Shown here piece after piece: positions 37,835 through 47,096 of a DNA stretch of 64,000 nucleotides (its first letter is position 1; every line of letters begins with the position of its first letter). The translations under genes were made by a program, and so were the position numbers. Source of the DNA: Candidatus Collierbacteria bacterium GW2011_GWA2_42_17 (GTDB taxonomy: Bacteria; Patescibacteriota; Microgenomatia; UBA1400; MFAQ01); contig LCDA01000001.1 in NCBI GenBank assembly GCA_000998275.1, forward strand, positions 30,684 to 94,683, read 5' to 3'. Below the pieces are notes generated by a model. That model was not told the DNA's origin and ran no database searches. It was given only the letters and a program-made list of their open reading frames with translations.

Positions 37835-39955
37835 TTATGCGGGATTTTTCAATAACTTGGAGGCAATGTTGTTAGGAAGTTCTTGGTAATGACTTGGCTC
37901 CATGTAATAAGAGGCACGTCCGGCGGTAAGTGAACGAATGGCCGTGGCATAGGCAGAGAGTTCGGAAAGAGGAACCGTGGCCGTAATAACACGAGCATTA
38001 CCACGTTGAGCTGTGCCACCAATTTGGGCACGTCTGGCCGAAAGATCACCGATAATATCACCCATGTTGGCTTCCGGGGTAGTAACTTCAACTTTCATAA
38101 TTGGTTCAAGAATAACGGCACCGGCTTGTTTAACGGCGTCTTGAAGAGCCATTGAACCTGCAATTTTGAAGGACATTTCGGAAGAGTCGACTTCGTGGAA
38201 ACTTCCATCAACAACAGCGACGTCGAGGTCTACCATAGGGAAACCGGCGATAAGACCGTTGTCGAGAGCTTCACGAACACCTTTTTCAATAGGATTAATG
38301 AACTCGCGAGGAATGGTTCCACCGACAATTTTATTGGTAAAAGTAAACCCTTCACCACGAGGTTTAGGAGTGACGACTAGAATGGCGTGTCCATACTGAC
38401 CACGACCACCCGATTGACGAATATATTTACCTTCACCCCTAGCTTCTTTGGTGATTGTTTCTCGATAAGCCACTTGAGGAGCACCAGTTGTAGCATCGAC
38501 CTTGAATTCACGACGAAGACGGTCAACAAGAATTTCCAAGTGAAGTTCACCCATACCAGCAATGACGGTTTGACCCGTTTCATGGTTGGTTTTGATTTTA
38601 AAAGTAGGATCTTCTTCAGCTAGACGACCGAGGGCAATGTCGAGTTTTTCTTGATCGGCTTTTGTTTTTGGTTCTATTGCAAGAGAGATAACAGGATCCG
38701 GGAAGTCGATAGATTCGAGAACAATAGGTCGGGTTTCTTCACAGAGAGTGTCCCCTGTCTTGGTGGCCTTAAGACCAACAATGCCGACAATTTCTCCGGC
38801 TCTGGCTTCTTGAATTTCCTCACGAGTGTTGGCATGCATAAGCATCAAGCGACCGAGACGTTCACGTTCGGATTTACTGGCGTTAAAGACGTAAGAACCG
38901 GCAGTAATTTTTCCAGAGTAAAGACGCACATAGGTAACTTTTCCAACGTGGGGGTCGGCTTGAATTTTGAAAGCCAGGCCGACAAAGGATTCGTCTGGAC
39001 TGGGTTTTCTGGTTTCTACCTCACCGGTTTTGGGGTTGGTTCCAGCAGTGTCGGCAATGTCGAGAGGAGAGGGAAGAAAATCAACAACAGCATCAAGGAG
39101 TGGCTGAACACCTTTGTTTCTTAAAGATGAACCAGGAAAAACAGGAACAATTTCGTTGGCAATCGTAGCTCTGCGGAGAGCGGTTTTAAGATCCTTCATG
39201 GAGGGTTCTTCGCCGTTTAGGTATTTTTCCATTAAAGCTTCGTCTGTTTCAACGATAGACTCAACAAGTTTGGCTCTTTCACTCTCACACTCTGCTTCCA
39301 TGTCGGCAGGGAAACCTTCGGTGATGTCGTATTTGGCGCCGGTTTCATCTCCCTGCCAAATGATAGTTTTTTTCTCAAGAAGCATAGCAATTCCCTTGAA
39401 GGTATTTTCGACTCCAATGGGAAGAGCTAGGATGGCGGTTTTGGCTCCAAGTTTTTCATGAACGTCTTTGATGGTAGCCATAAAATCGGCTCCCAAAACG
39501 TCCATTTTGTTAACCAGAGCAATACGAGGAACTTTGTATTTGTCGGCTTGGCGCCAGACGGTTTCGGTCTGAGACTGAACGCCTGAGCCCGCGTCAAGAA
39601 CAATAATTCCTCCGTCGAGAACGCGGAGAGAGCGTTCGACTTCGGCAGTGAAGTCAACGTGTCCGGGAGTGTCGATGATGTTGAAACGACAGTCGTCCTT
39701 GATATTGGCATCCTCTAAAACGGGAGTCCAGAAGGTAGTGGTAGCGGCGGAAACAATGGTAATACCACGTTCGCGCTCTTGGTCCATCCAGTCCATCTGA
39801 GTGTCTCCTTCGTCAATATCACCAATCTTGTAGGTTTTACCGGTGTAAAAAAGGATACGCTCCGTGGTGGTGGTTTTACCAGCATCAATGTGAGCAATGA
39901 CACCGATATTTCTAACATTCTCTAGAGGAACTTGTTTTGAGACGGCTGCGGCCAT
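37835..39955 (-). CDS. fusA: Elongation factor G
   Basis: AHIDAGKTT, DTPGHVDF, GMGELHL, QSGGRGQYG. Confidence 0.99.
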   Translation of the reverse strand: MAAAVSKQVPLENVRNIGVIAHIDAGKTTTTERILFYTGKTYKIGDIDEGDTQMDWMDQERERGITIVSAATTTFWTPVLEDANIKDDCRFNIIDTPGHVDFTAEVERSLRVLDGGIIVLDAGSGVQSQTETVWRQADKYKVPRIALVNKMDVLGADFMATIKDVHEKLGAKTAILALPIGVENTFKGIAMLLEKKTIIWQGDETGAKYDITEGFPADMEAECESERAKLVESIVETDEALMEKYLNGEEPSMKDLKTALRRATIANEIVPVFPGSSLRNKGVQPLLDAVVDFLPSPLDIADTAGTNPKTGEVETRKPSPDESFVGLAFKIQADPHVGKVTYVRLYSGKITAGSYVFNASKSERERLGRLMLMHANTREEIQEARAGEIVGIVGLKATKTGDTLCEETRPIVLESIDFPDPVISLAIEPKTKADQEKLDIALGRLAEEDPTFKIKTNHETGQTVIAGMGELHLEILVDRLRREFKVDATTGAPQVAYRETITKEARGEGKYIRQSGGRGQYGHAILVVTPKPRGEGFTFTNKIVGGTIPREFINPIEKGVREALDNGLIAGFPMVDLDVAVVDGSFHEVDSSEMSFKIAGSMALQDAVKQAGAVILEPIMKVEVTTPEANMGDIIGDLSARRAQIGGTAQRGNARVITATVPLSELSAYATAIRSLTAGRASYYMEPSHYQELPNNIASKLLKNPA

Positions 39956-40075
39956 ACTTTTTGTTGTTTTTGTTTAATTATTTATTTAGACGAAAGAAAC
40001 CTGTCCTTTTCGGGACATAATTTCACGAGCTTAATTTTACCATAACTCCGATTGTTATGGGTAAAAGGGTAATGC

Positions 40076-42139
40076 TTAGCGATGCGATTTATGACGAGAG
40101 TAGTGTTTGGATCGGCCTGATTTGTTTTCGTGATTTAGATGATGTCTGCCCGAAGAGCGATGCAAAAGTTCCGGAGCATAGTCTTTGAGCCACTCCCTCT
40201 TGACTTCAACACAGTTACAAGCAAACGCTTTGCTTTGGGGATTTATGAAAATTTCGTTCGCGACGAGATATGCCCCTTTGGGTAGTAAGTTGTTGAAGTA
40301 AACAGAGCTGGGGTGAATAGAGATATTACTTTTGGTACCATCGATTTTTCTGAGCGTAAATTTGTCGACTTTTTGCATGAGATTACTGATAAGACCGGTG
40401 ATAATAGCTTTGTTGATGACGTCTTTTTTGACTATCGGTTTGGTGTTGGGGTCGATATTAATACCATGACTTGCCAAGATATCCAGAATATCCAAACGAA
40501 CATTTTTGACCTCATCAAGAACTTTTTCATTAAGGAAATTTTGTTTGGCCCACTCATCACTAAAGCCACTTGCCACATAGCCTTTCCAAACATTAAGAAG
40601 AACGATAAAATCCGAGTCATTATTTTTCCTAAACTGTGCATGAGCCTTGTCGGCAAGAAATTCCTGCTCTTTTCCCGACGGTCTAAGAAAGACATTTTTT
40701 CCATCAAGGAACGAGGCGATGATGACAATTTCATTAGCACAATTAAGTTCTGGCTCTAAAGATTCAATAATCATGCGACCTAGGTGTGGTTCTATAGCTA
40801 ATTCAAAAAGCCATTCACCAATTTCGGTTAGTTCATTATTGTCGTCAAAACTTCCAAGTTTGGTCAAGGTTTCATCTGCCCAAGCAAGAAATTCATTACC
40901 GGGGTGATCCATGTAATCAAAAGAGTAAATGTTTTTAATGCCCACTTTTCTCATCGCGAGAACAACCTGACATAAATTGGAACGCTGCATTTCGGGAGTT
41001 TGATACTGAGGACGCCTTTTTAAACTCTCTTCTGTAAACAAACGATAACAGTAACCTGGGGCAGTCCGTCCGGCTCTCCCCTTGCGTTGATTGAGACCGC
41101 TAATGGCGTGTTCGGTAAGAACCAGCTGTTCGATGCCACTGCGAGGATCAAACTGAGTTTGCTTGATCAGACCGGAGTCGATAACATGAATAATGCCGTC
41201 TATCGTGACCGAGGTCTCAGCGATGTTGGTGGCCACGATGATCTTTCTTTTGGGGGTGTTAGTAAAAATTTTGTCTTGATCTTCTGGTGAAAGTTCGGCA
41301 TGTAATGGAAAAATATCGACGGTAGAGTTACCAACTATAGCCTCGATCTTTTCAATGGTATCGATGATTTCCTTTTTTCCTGGCATAAAAATGAGAATGT
41401 CGCCGTCGAGGTGATTATCAATAATCATTTTCACTTTTTCGGCAGCACCTCGGGTAAAGTCGTAGTTAAAAGAATCTTCATCTTCATAAAAAACTTCAAC
41501 TGGATACATTTTGCCGGGAATTTCAACGGAGTTTTCCGTGTCACCGTAACCGATGTACTTAGCAAACCTATTGCGTTCGATGGTGGCGGAAGTAACGACC
41601 ACCCGGATGAGATCAAAACCGGCGTCGTAACGACGTTCGTTAACATCTTTTAAAAGTCCGAGGCAGAGATCAATATTCAGGCTGCGTTCATGGGCTTCAT
41701 CGATCATGATAATGGAATAATCGGTAAGCAAGGGATCAAATTGAATTTTGCGTAGAAGAATACCGTCGGTCATAAAAGTAATGTCTGTTGCGTCTGTCGT
41801 AACATTTTCAAAACGAATGTGGTAGCCAACTTGGTCCCCTACTGGACACTGCATCATTTCGGAGACGCGACTGGTAACGCTTGTAGTGGCAAGTCTTCTG
41901 GGCTGGGTTACGGCAATACTACCTTTGAGACCGAGCTCGTTTCTCAGCTCGAGCAATAAAGGAGGAAGACAGGTGGTTTTGCCCGAACCTGTCTCGCCAA
42001 TGAGAACAAAATTAGGATGACGTCTGATCTCTTCTCTTAGATACTCTCTTAATTTGGCTACAGGAAGCTGATCCAGATTTTCCAGAGCATACTCAGACGA
42101 ACGGTTATATTGTATATTTTCGATTGTTTTTAGGGCCAT
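40076..42139 (-). CDS. DEAH-box (HrpA/Prp43-like) ATP-dependent RNA helicase
   Basis: GETGSGKTT, TQPRR, TDGILL, DEAH, SAT, TNIAETSVTI, QRKGRAGR, HA2/OB region; start uncertain. Confidence 0.93.
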   Translation of the reverse strand: MALKTIENIQYNRSSEYALENLDQLPVAKLREYLREEIRRHPNFVLIGETGSGKTTCLPPLLLELRNELGLKGSIAVTQPRRLATTSVTSRVSEMMQCPVGDQVGYHIRFENVTTDATDITFMTDGILLRKIQFDPLLTDYSIIMIDEAHERSLNIDLCLGLLKDVNERRYDAGFDLIRVVVTSATIERNRFAKYIGYGDTENSVEIPGKMYPVEVFYEDEDSFNYDFTRGAAEKVKMIIDNHLDGDILIFMPGKKEIIDTIEKIEAIVGNSTVDIFPLHAELSPEDQDKIFTNTPKRKIIVATNIAETSVTIDGIIHVIDSGLIKQTQFDPRSGIEQLVLTEHAISGLNQRKGRAGRTAPGYCYRLFTEESLKRRPQYQTPEMQRSNLCQVVLAMRKVGIKNIYSFDYMDHPGNEFLAWADETLTKLGSFDDNNELTEIGEWLFELAIEPHLGRMIIESLEPELNCANEIVIIASFLDGKNVFLRPSGKEQEFLADKAHAQFRKNNDSDFIVLLNVWKGYVASGFSDEWAKQNFLNEKVLDEVKNVRLDILDILASHGINIDPNTKPIVKKDVINKAIITGLISNLMQKVDKFTLRKIDGTKSNISIHPSSVYFNNLLPKGAYLVANEIFINPQSKAFACNCVEVKREWLKDYAPELLHRSSGRHHLNHENKSGRSKHYSRHKSHR

Positions 42140-42181
42140 CTTAAGAAATATTTTGCTGAGGTAGATTAACACAGAAAGAAG

Positions 42182-42209
42182 AAATAAAATAGCGCCCGTA
42201 AGGGCGCTA
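42182..42209 (-). terminator. Terminator of the Cys-rich orphan gene
   Basis: TAGCGCCC/GGGCGCTA stem followed by a T-rich tract on the minus strand. Confidence 0.75.
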
Positions 42210-42231
42210 AGTAGTTTGGGAAGATTTTTCC

Positions 42232-42486
42232 CTAGTTTGAATTTGCCAGAAGAGAGATATCTTCGCCGATGTCACTGAGAGTTCTCGAGATATCATCGAG
42301 GTGGTCTTTAATCTCGAGAAGGGTTCTATCTTTGGTCAGATGTTTTAGGCCACAGTCATTTCTTTGAGAGTCCCACATTTGACACCGGAATTCTTGACAG
42401 TCAAGAAACGTTGTGCCTCTTACCTGATCAACAGAATTTTTCCCTCCATTACTGATTAGTGCTGCAGCGATTAGTGGGCACCACAT
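42232..42486 (-). CDS. Small Cys-rich hypothetical protein with C-terminal coiled coil
   Basis: AGGAGG SD, TGCTAAAAT promoter (42520-42528); CP..C....C..W......C pattern. Confidence 0.8.
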   Translation of the reverse strand: MWCPLIAAALISNGGKNSVDQVRGTTFLDCQEFRCQMWDSQRNDCGLKHLTKDRTLLEIKDHLDDISRTLSDIGEDISLLANSN

Positions 42487-42537
42487 TTTTCCTCCTCTGA
42501 AAGTGCAAGATTTGGGGATATTTTAGCACAGGGTAAC

Positions 42538-42564
42538 AAAAAGCCTCCCGGAGGAGGCTTTTTT
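42538..42564 (-). terminator. Intrinsic terminator after rpsG
   Basis: AAAAAGCCTCC-CGGA-GGAGGCTTTTTT. Confidence 0.85.
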
Positions 42565-42591
42565 GTTTTAGATTATTAATCTCATTACCAT

Positions 42592-43068
42592 TTACCATCT
42601 AAAGTGAGCGAAGGCTTTGTTGGCCTCAGCCATTTTGTGAGTGTCAAGCTTTTTCTTTATAGCGGCACCGGTATTTTCGTGAGCTTCCATAATTTCGGCG
42701 GCGAGTTTATCGGCTAAAGTTCTCGTGGGGTTATTTGATCTGGCTTTGGCGGCGTTTAAAACCCAACGAATAGCGAGAGAGTCACGGCGTTCGGGCCTTA
42801 TGGGAGTAGGAACCTGATAAGAGGCACCACCAACACGACGGGAACGAACCTCAATTGTAGGCTTAACATTTTCCATGGCTTCAGTAAGGTACTCGAGACC
42901 GTTTTTACCGGACTGTTGTGCAATAAGGTCGATGGCTGTGTAGATTTGTTTAGCGGCGATGGATTTTTTACCTTCGAGCATACAGCCGTTGATAATCTTG
43001 GAAACCAACTCGCTACCATAGATTGGATCGAGCTGGATTTTTTTGGCGTGTGTTTTCTTAGATCTCAT
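42592..43068 (-). CDS. rpsG: 30S ribosomal protein uS7
   Basis: GKKS, EVRSRRVGGASYQVP, MAEANKAFAHFRW. Confidence 0.98.
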   Translation of the reverse strand: MRSKKTHAKKIQLDPIYGSELVSKIINGCMLEGKKSIAAKQIYTAIDLIAQQSGKNGLEYLTEAMENVKPTIEVRSRRVGGASYQVPTPIRPERRDSLAIRWVLNAAKARSNNPTRTLADKLAAEIMEAHENTGAAIKKKLDTHKMAEANKAFAHFRW

Positions 43069-43073
43069 ATATA

Positions 43074-43490
43074 TTATTTAGCACTAGGACGTTTGGTACC
43101 GTATTTACTACGACTGGTTCTGCGTTTTTCGATACCGCCGGTGTCGAGCTTGCCGCGAATAATGTGGTACTTGACACCTGGAAGGTCACGAACACGACCA
43201 CCACGGATCATAACGATACTGTGTTCGGCCAAGTTGTGTCCTTCACCCATGATATAGGCAGTGACTTCTTGTTTGTTTGATAGTCTGACGCGAGCGATCT
43301 TACGCAAAGCAGAGTTTGGTTTCTTGGGGGTCATAGTTTTGACCTGAAGACAGACTCCGGCTTTTTGAGGAGACTGAGTCTCGACCATACGTCGTTTGAT
43401 AGAGTTAAAACTCTTACGGAGAGCGGTCGTTTTCACTTTGCGCGCAGTTGTGATGCGGCCGTGTTTGATTAATTGGTTGGTTGTAGGCAT
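43074..43490 (-). CDS. rpsL: 30S ribosomal protein uS12
   Basis: [26 protein letters not shown]. Confidence 0.99.
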   Translation of the reverse strand: MPTTNQLIKHGRITTARKVKTTALRKSFNSIKRRMVETQSPQKAGVCLQVKTMTPKKPNSALRKIARVRLSNKQEVTAYIMGEGHNLAEHSIVMIRGGRVRDLPGVKYHIIRGKLDTGGIEKRRTSRSKYGTKRPSAK

Positions 43491-43509
43491 ATTTCAGATG
43501 TGTATTTTA

Positions 43510-46500
43510 TCAGATATTCTCGATTTTTGCTCTCAGCTTGCTCGTAGGGACCAAGCGACCAATGATGACATTTTCCTTCATACCAATAAGATGATCGATC
43601 TTGCCTTGAACCGCAGCGTCGGTTAACACGGAAGTGGTGTCTTGGAAAGAGGCGGCAGAGAGCCAAGAATCGGTATGAAGAGCGGCTCTAATAGCACCAA
43701 GAATTAGATTGGTGGCAGTAGCTGGTTCTCCACCCTGGGCAATGATTGCTTCATTGGCCATTTCGTAAGATCCTCGACTGATAACATCTCCGGCAACAAG
43801 TGCGGTGTCGCCAACGGCGTCAATACGAACGTAGTCACACATCTTGCGAAGGATAACCTCAAAGTGTTTGTCATGAATACTGATACCCTGTGACTCGTAG
43901 ATTGACTGAATTTCGCCGATGAGATAGTTTTGAGTAGCTCTGAGACCTTTGATCTTTAAGAGCTGTTTAATGTCTACACCACCAGAAGCCAGTTGAGTAC
44001 CAACAGAGATCAAGTCACCATCGGCTACTTTGAGAGACATGGCCAGAGGAACGAGATATTCTTTACGGTCGTCCTTTTTACCACCAGGAGTGACGGTAAC
44101 AAGATTACCGTTTTCGGTTTCAACAACTTTGACTTTTCCAGATACTTCGGAAATAGGGGCAACAAGTTTAGGGGTACGAACTTCCAAAAGTTCGGTGACA
44201 CGAGGAAGGCCCTGGGTAACGTCGACACCAGCGGCACCTCCGGAGTGTTTAGTACGCATAGTTAACTGAGTACCTGGCTCGCCGATGGATTGAGCGGCGA
44301 TAACACCAACAGGATCACCAATAATAGCGAGAGTGTTGGTGGCTGTGTTGTGACCATAACACTTGGCACAGAGACCGAAACGAAGTTTACAAGTAATGGG
44401 TGATCTAACTTCGACTTCTTTGACCCCGGCGGCTTCGATAGCGGCAGCAATTTCTTCGGTAATCAACTCACCAGCATCAACTAAAACTTTTTTAGTGACA
44501 GGAGAGATTACTTTTTTGACGGCATAACGATAAACGATACGCTTGCCAAAAATCTTGCCTCTTTCCTCGGCGAGAATGGTGATGAACTCATCGGTACCAC
44601 AGTCTTCGGCACGGATAACAGCGTCGTGACTGACATCAACCAAACGGCGAGTCAAGTAACCTGCGTCTGCGGTACGGAGAGCAGTATCGGTGAGACCCTT
44701 TCTGGAACCTCTGATGGAAGTAACATACTCGAAGATTGAAAGACCTTCACGGAAGTTACCCTTGATAGGAAGTTCAATAAGGTTACCTAGAGGATCAGCA
44801 ATAAGTCCACGCATGGCGGAAAGCTGTTCGATGGAGTTTTTGGTAACACGTCCTGAAGCCGAGTCGATAACGAGGCGAATTGGATTGGTTTTGGAGAAAG
44901 TCTGCCAGGTTTTTTCGGCCAGGTCGGCGGCGGTTTCACGCCACATATTGATGGTGAGTTTACTTCTTTCACTGTTGGTGATCAAACCGAGTTTATAGTT
45001 TTCTTCGATCTCTTCGGCTTTTTTGTTTCCGGCGGCGATGAGCTCGGCTTTTTGAGGGAAGACTTCGTTATCGGAGATGGCAAATGAGAAACTACTGATG
45101 GTAGCGTACTCAAAACCAATACTCTTGACGGCGTCGATTAATTTGACAACGCGTTTAGTGTCGACGGTTTTGATAGCACGAGTAAAGAAGGCGGAGATCT
45201 CTTTTCCTGTAAGACTCTTGTTTTGGAATTCCCATTCCTTGGGAAGAATCTCGTTGAAGATGATACGGCCAACGGTAGTGTTGGTCATTTCCATTTTTTC
45301 CGGGTCAAGCCTAACATCGATTGGCTGACGAACTTCAATAACTTTGACACTTTGTCCAGATGAAGGCTTAAGAAGGTTGAACTGAGGCAGCATAAATTTC
45401 TTGGCTTCACGGATAGCTTTTTTGGTTAGAGGAACGTGAACAGCCATCTGGTCACCATCAAAGTCAGCGTTGAAACCTTCACAGACGACCGGGTGCAAGC
45501 GAATAGCAGAACCGTCGACCAGTACTGGTAAGAAAGCGAGAATGGAGAGTTTGTGAAGTGTAGGAGCACGGTTTAGAAGAATCGGGTGCTTTTTGGTAAT
45601 TCTTTCCAAGATATCAAAGACTTCAGGCTGGCGTTTTTCAATCAAAGCCTTGGCGGCTTTAACGTTTGGAGCCAAGTCCTGTTTGATGATCTCGTGAAGC
45701 ACGAAGGGCTTGAACATTTCAAGAGCCATGTCCTTGGGAAGACCACATTGGTTAAGTTTGAGCTCTGGTCCAACGATAATAACACTACGTCCGGAGTAGT
45801 CGACGCGTTTTCCGAGGAGATTTTGACGGAAGCGGCCTTGTTTTCCACGAAGCATGTCGGAAAGAGATTTAAGGGTTTTGCCGGTTCTGGATCTTCTGGT
45901 AGAGCGGGCTTGAGAAGAGTCGATGAGAGAGTCAACGGCTTCCTGAAGCATGCGTTTTTCGTTTCTGAGAATGATTTCAGGTGCACCCAGATCAATAAGG
46001 TGTTTCAAACGATTGTTGCGGTTTATTACACGGCGATAGAGATCGTTGAGATCCGAGGCGGCAAAACGGCCACCCGAGAGCTGAACCATAGGGCGAAGAT
46101 CTGGAGGAATAACGGGGAGAACTTCGAGAACCATCCATTCAGGTTTGACCTTAGAGTCAAGCAGTCCCCTGACAACCTGAAGGCGTTTAGTAGCACGGAG
46201 ACGTTTGGCTTCGGAGTTTGAGAGAGACTCTTCTTTGAGTTTAACGGCCATTTCCTCGAGATTAACTTTTTTGAGAGCTTCCAAAATTGCTTCCGAACCC
46301 ATACCGGCAGTCATCCAGTCTACGAGGTTGTATTCGGCAAGTTTGGCGTATTCAGAGTCGGAGAGAAGCGAGTTGACCTGAATTCTTTCGATAATAACGG
46401 CCAGTTTGCTATAGATTTCTTCGGTGAAGGCTAGTTCCACAACCATTTGCTCTCTGAGACTGGCTATTTTTTGTTTGGCCTCAACTTTTAGATCTTCTGA

Positions 46501-47091
46501 TTTTAGTTCTCGCTCGTCTTTGGCTTTGGATTTTTTCTTAACTTCGGCCAGTTCTTTTTGACCTTCTTTTTTGACATCTTCAATCTGTTTGTCAAAATTG
46601 GAACGGACTTCTTCGAGCTTGGTTTCCTTTTGAGCAGCGATGTCTTTTTGAGCAGCTTCTCTTTTTTCTTCATCAATAGACATGATGAGGAATTTACTAA
46701 AGTAAATTACAGAAGTAAGAGCCTTGGGGGAAATATCTAAGAGTAATGATAGTTTTGACGGAGCCCCTTTGAAGAACCATACGTGAGCAACGGGAGCGGC
46801 AAGGTTGATGTGACCCATGCGTTCACGACGAACACGACTGAGGGTAACTTCGACACCACATTTGTCACAGACAATACCCTTGAAACGGACGCGTTTGTAT
46901 TTACCACAGTAACACTCCCAGTCTTTTACCGGACCAAAGATTCTTTCGCAGAAGAGACCATCTTTTTCTGGTTTTTGAGTACGATAATTAATGGTTTCCG
47001 GTTTGGTGACTAAACCATGGGACCATTTTTTGATGTCATCCGGACTGGCAAGCCTTATTTGTAAACCTGAGAAATCGACAATGTTGTTCAT
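43510..47091 (-). CDS. rpoC: RNA polymerase beta' subunit (apparent internal in-frame deletion)
   Basis: GLFCERIFGP, Zn finger, LLGKRVDYSGRS, NADFDGD, TADAGYLTRRLVD. Confidence 0.99.
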   Translation of the reverse strand: MNNIVDFSGLQIRLASPDDIKKWSHGLVTKPETINYRTQKPEKDGLFCERIFGPVKDWECYCGKYKRVRFKGIVCDKCGVEVTLSRVRRERMGHINLAAPVAHVWFFKGAPSKLSLLLDISPKALTSVIYFSKFLIMSIDEEKREAAQKDIAAQKETKLEEVRSNFDKQIEDVKKEGQKELAEVKKKSKAKDERELKSEDLKVEAKQKIASLREQMVVELAFTEEIYSKLAVIIERIQVNSLLSDSEYAKLAEYNLVDWMTAGMGSEAILEALKKVNLEEMAVKLKEESLSNSEAKRLRATKRLQVVRGLLDSKVKPEWMVLEVLPVIPPDLRPMVQLSGGRFAASDLNDLYRRVINRNNRLKHLIDLGAPEIILRNEKRMLQEAVDSLIDSSQARSTRRSRTGKTLKSLSDMLRGKQGRFRQNLLGKRVDYSGRSVIIVGPELKLNQCGLPKDMALEMFKPFVLHEIIKQDLAPNVKAAKALIEKRQPEVFDILERITKKHPILLNRAPTLHKLSILAFLPVLVDGSAIRLHPVVCEGFNADFDGDQMAVHVPLTKKAIREAKKFMLPQFNLLKPSSGQSVKVIEVRQPIDVRLDPEKMEMTNTTVGRIIFNEILPKEWEFQNKSLTGKEISAFFTRAIKTVDTKRVVKLIDAVKSIGFEYATISSFSFAISDNEVFPQKAELIAAGNKKAEEIEENYKLGLITNSERSKLTINMWRETAADLAEKTWQTFSKTNPIRLVIDSASGRVTKNSIEQLSAMRGLIADPLGNLIELPIKGNFREGLSIFEYVTSIRGSRKGLTDTALRTADAGYLTRRLVDVSHDAVIRAEDCGTDEFITILAEERGKIFGKRIVYRYAVKKVISPVTKKVLVDAGELITEEIAAAIEAAGVKEVEVRSPITCKLRFGLCAKCYGHNTATNTLAIIGDPVGVIAAQSIGEPGTQLTMRTKHSGGAAGVDVTQGLPRVTELLEVRTPKLVAPISEVSGKVKVVETENGNLVTVTPGGKKDDRKEYLVPLAMSLKVADGDLISVGTQLASGGVDIKQLLKIKGLRATQNYLIGEIQSIYESQGISIHDKHFEVILRKMCDYVRIDAVGDTALVAGDVISRGSYEMANEAIIAQGGEPATATNLILGAIRAALHTDSWLSAASFQDTTSVLTDAAVQGKIDHLIGMKENVIIGRLVPTSKLRAKIENI

Positions 47092-47096
47092 ATTTT

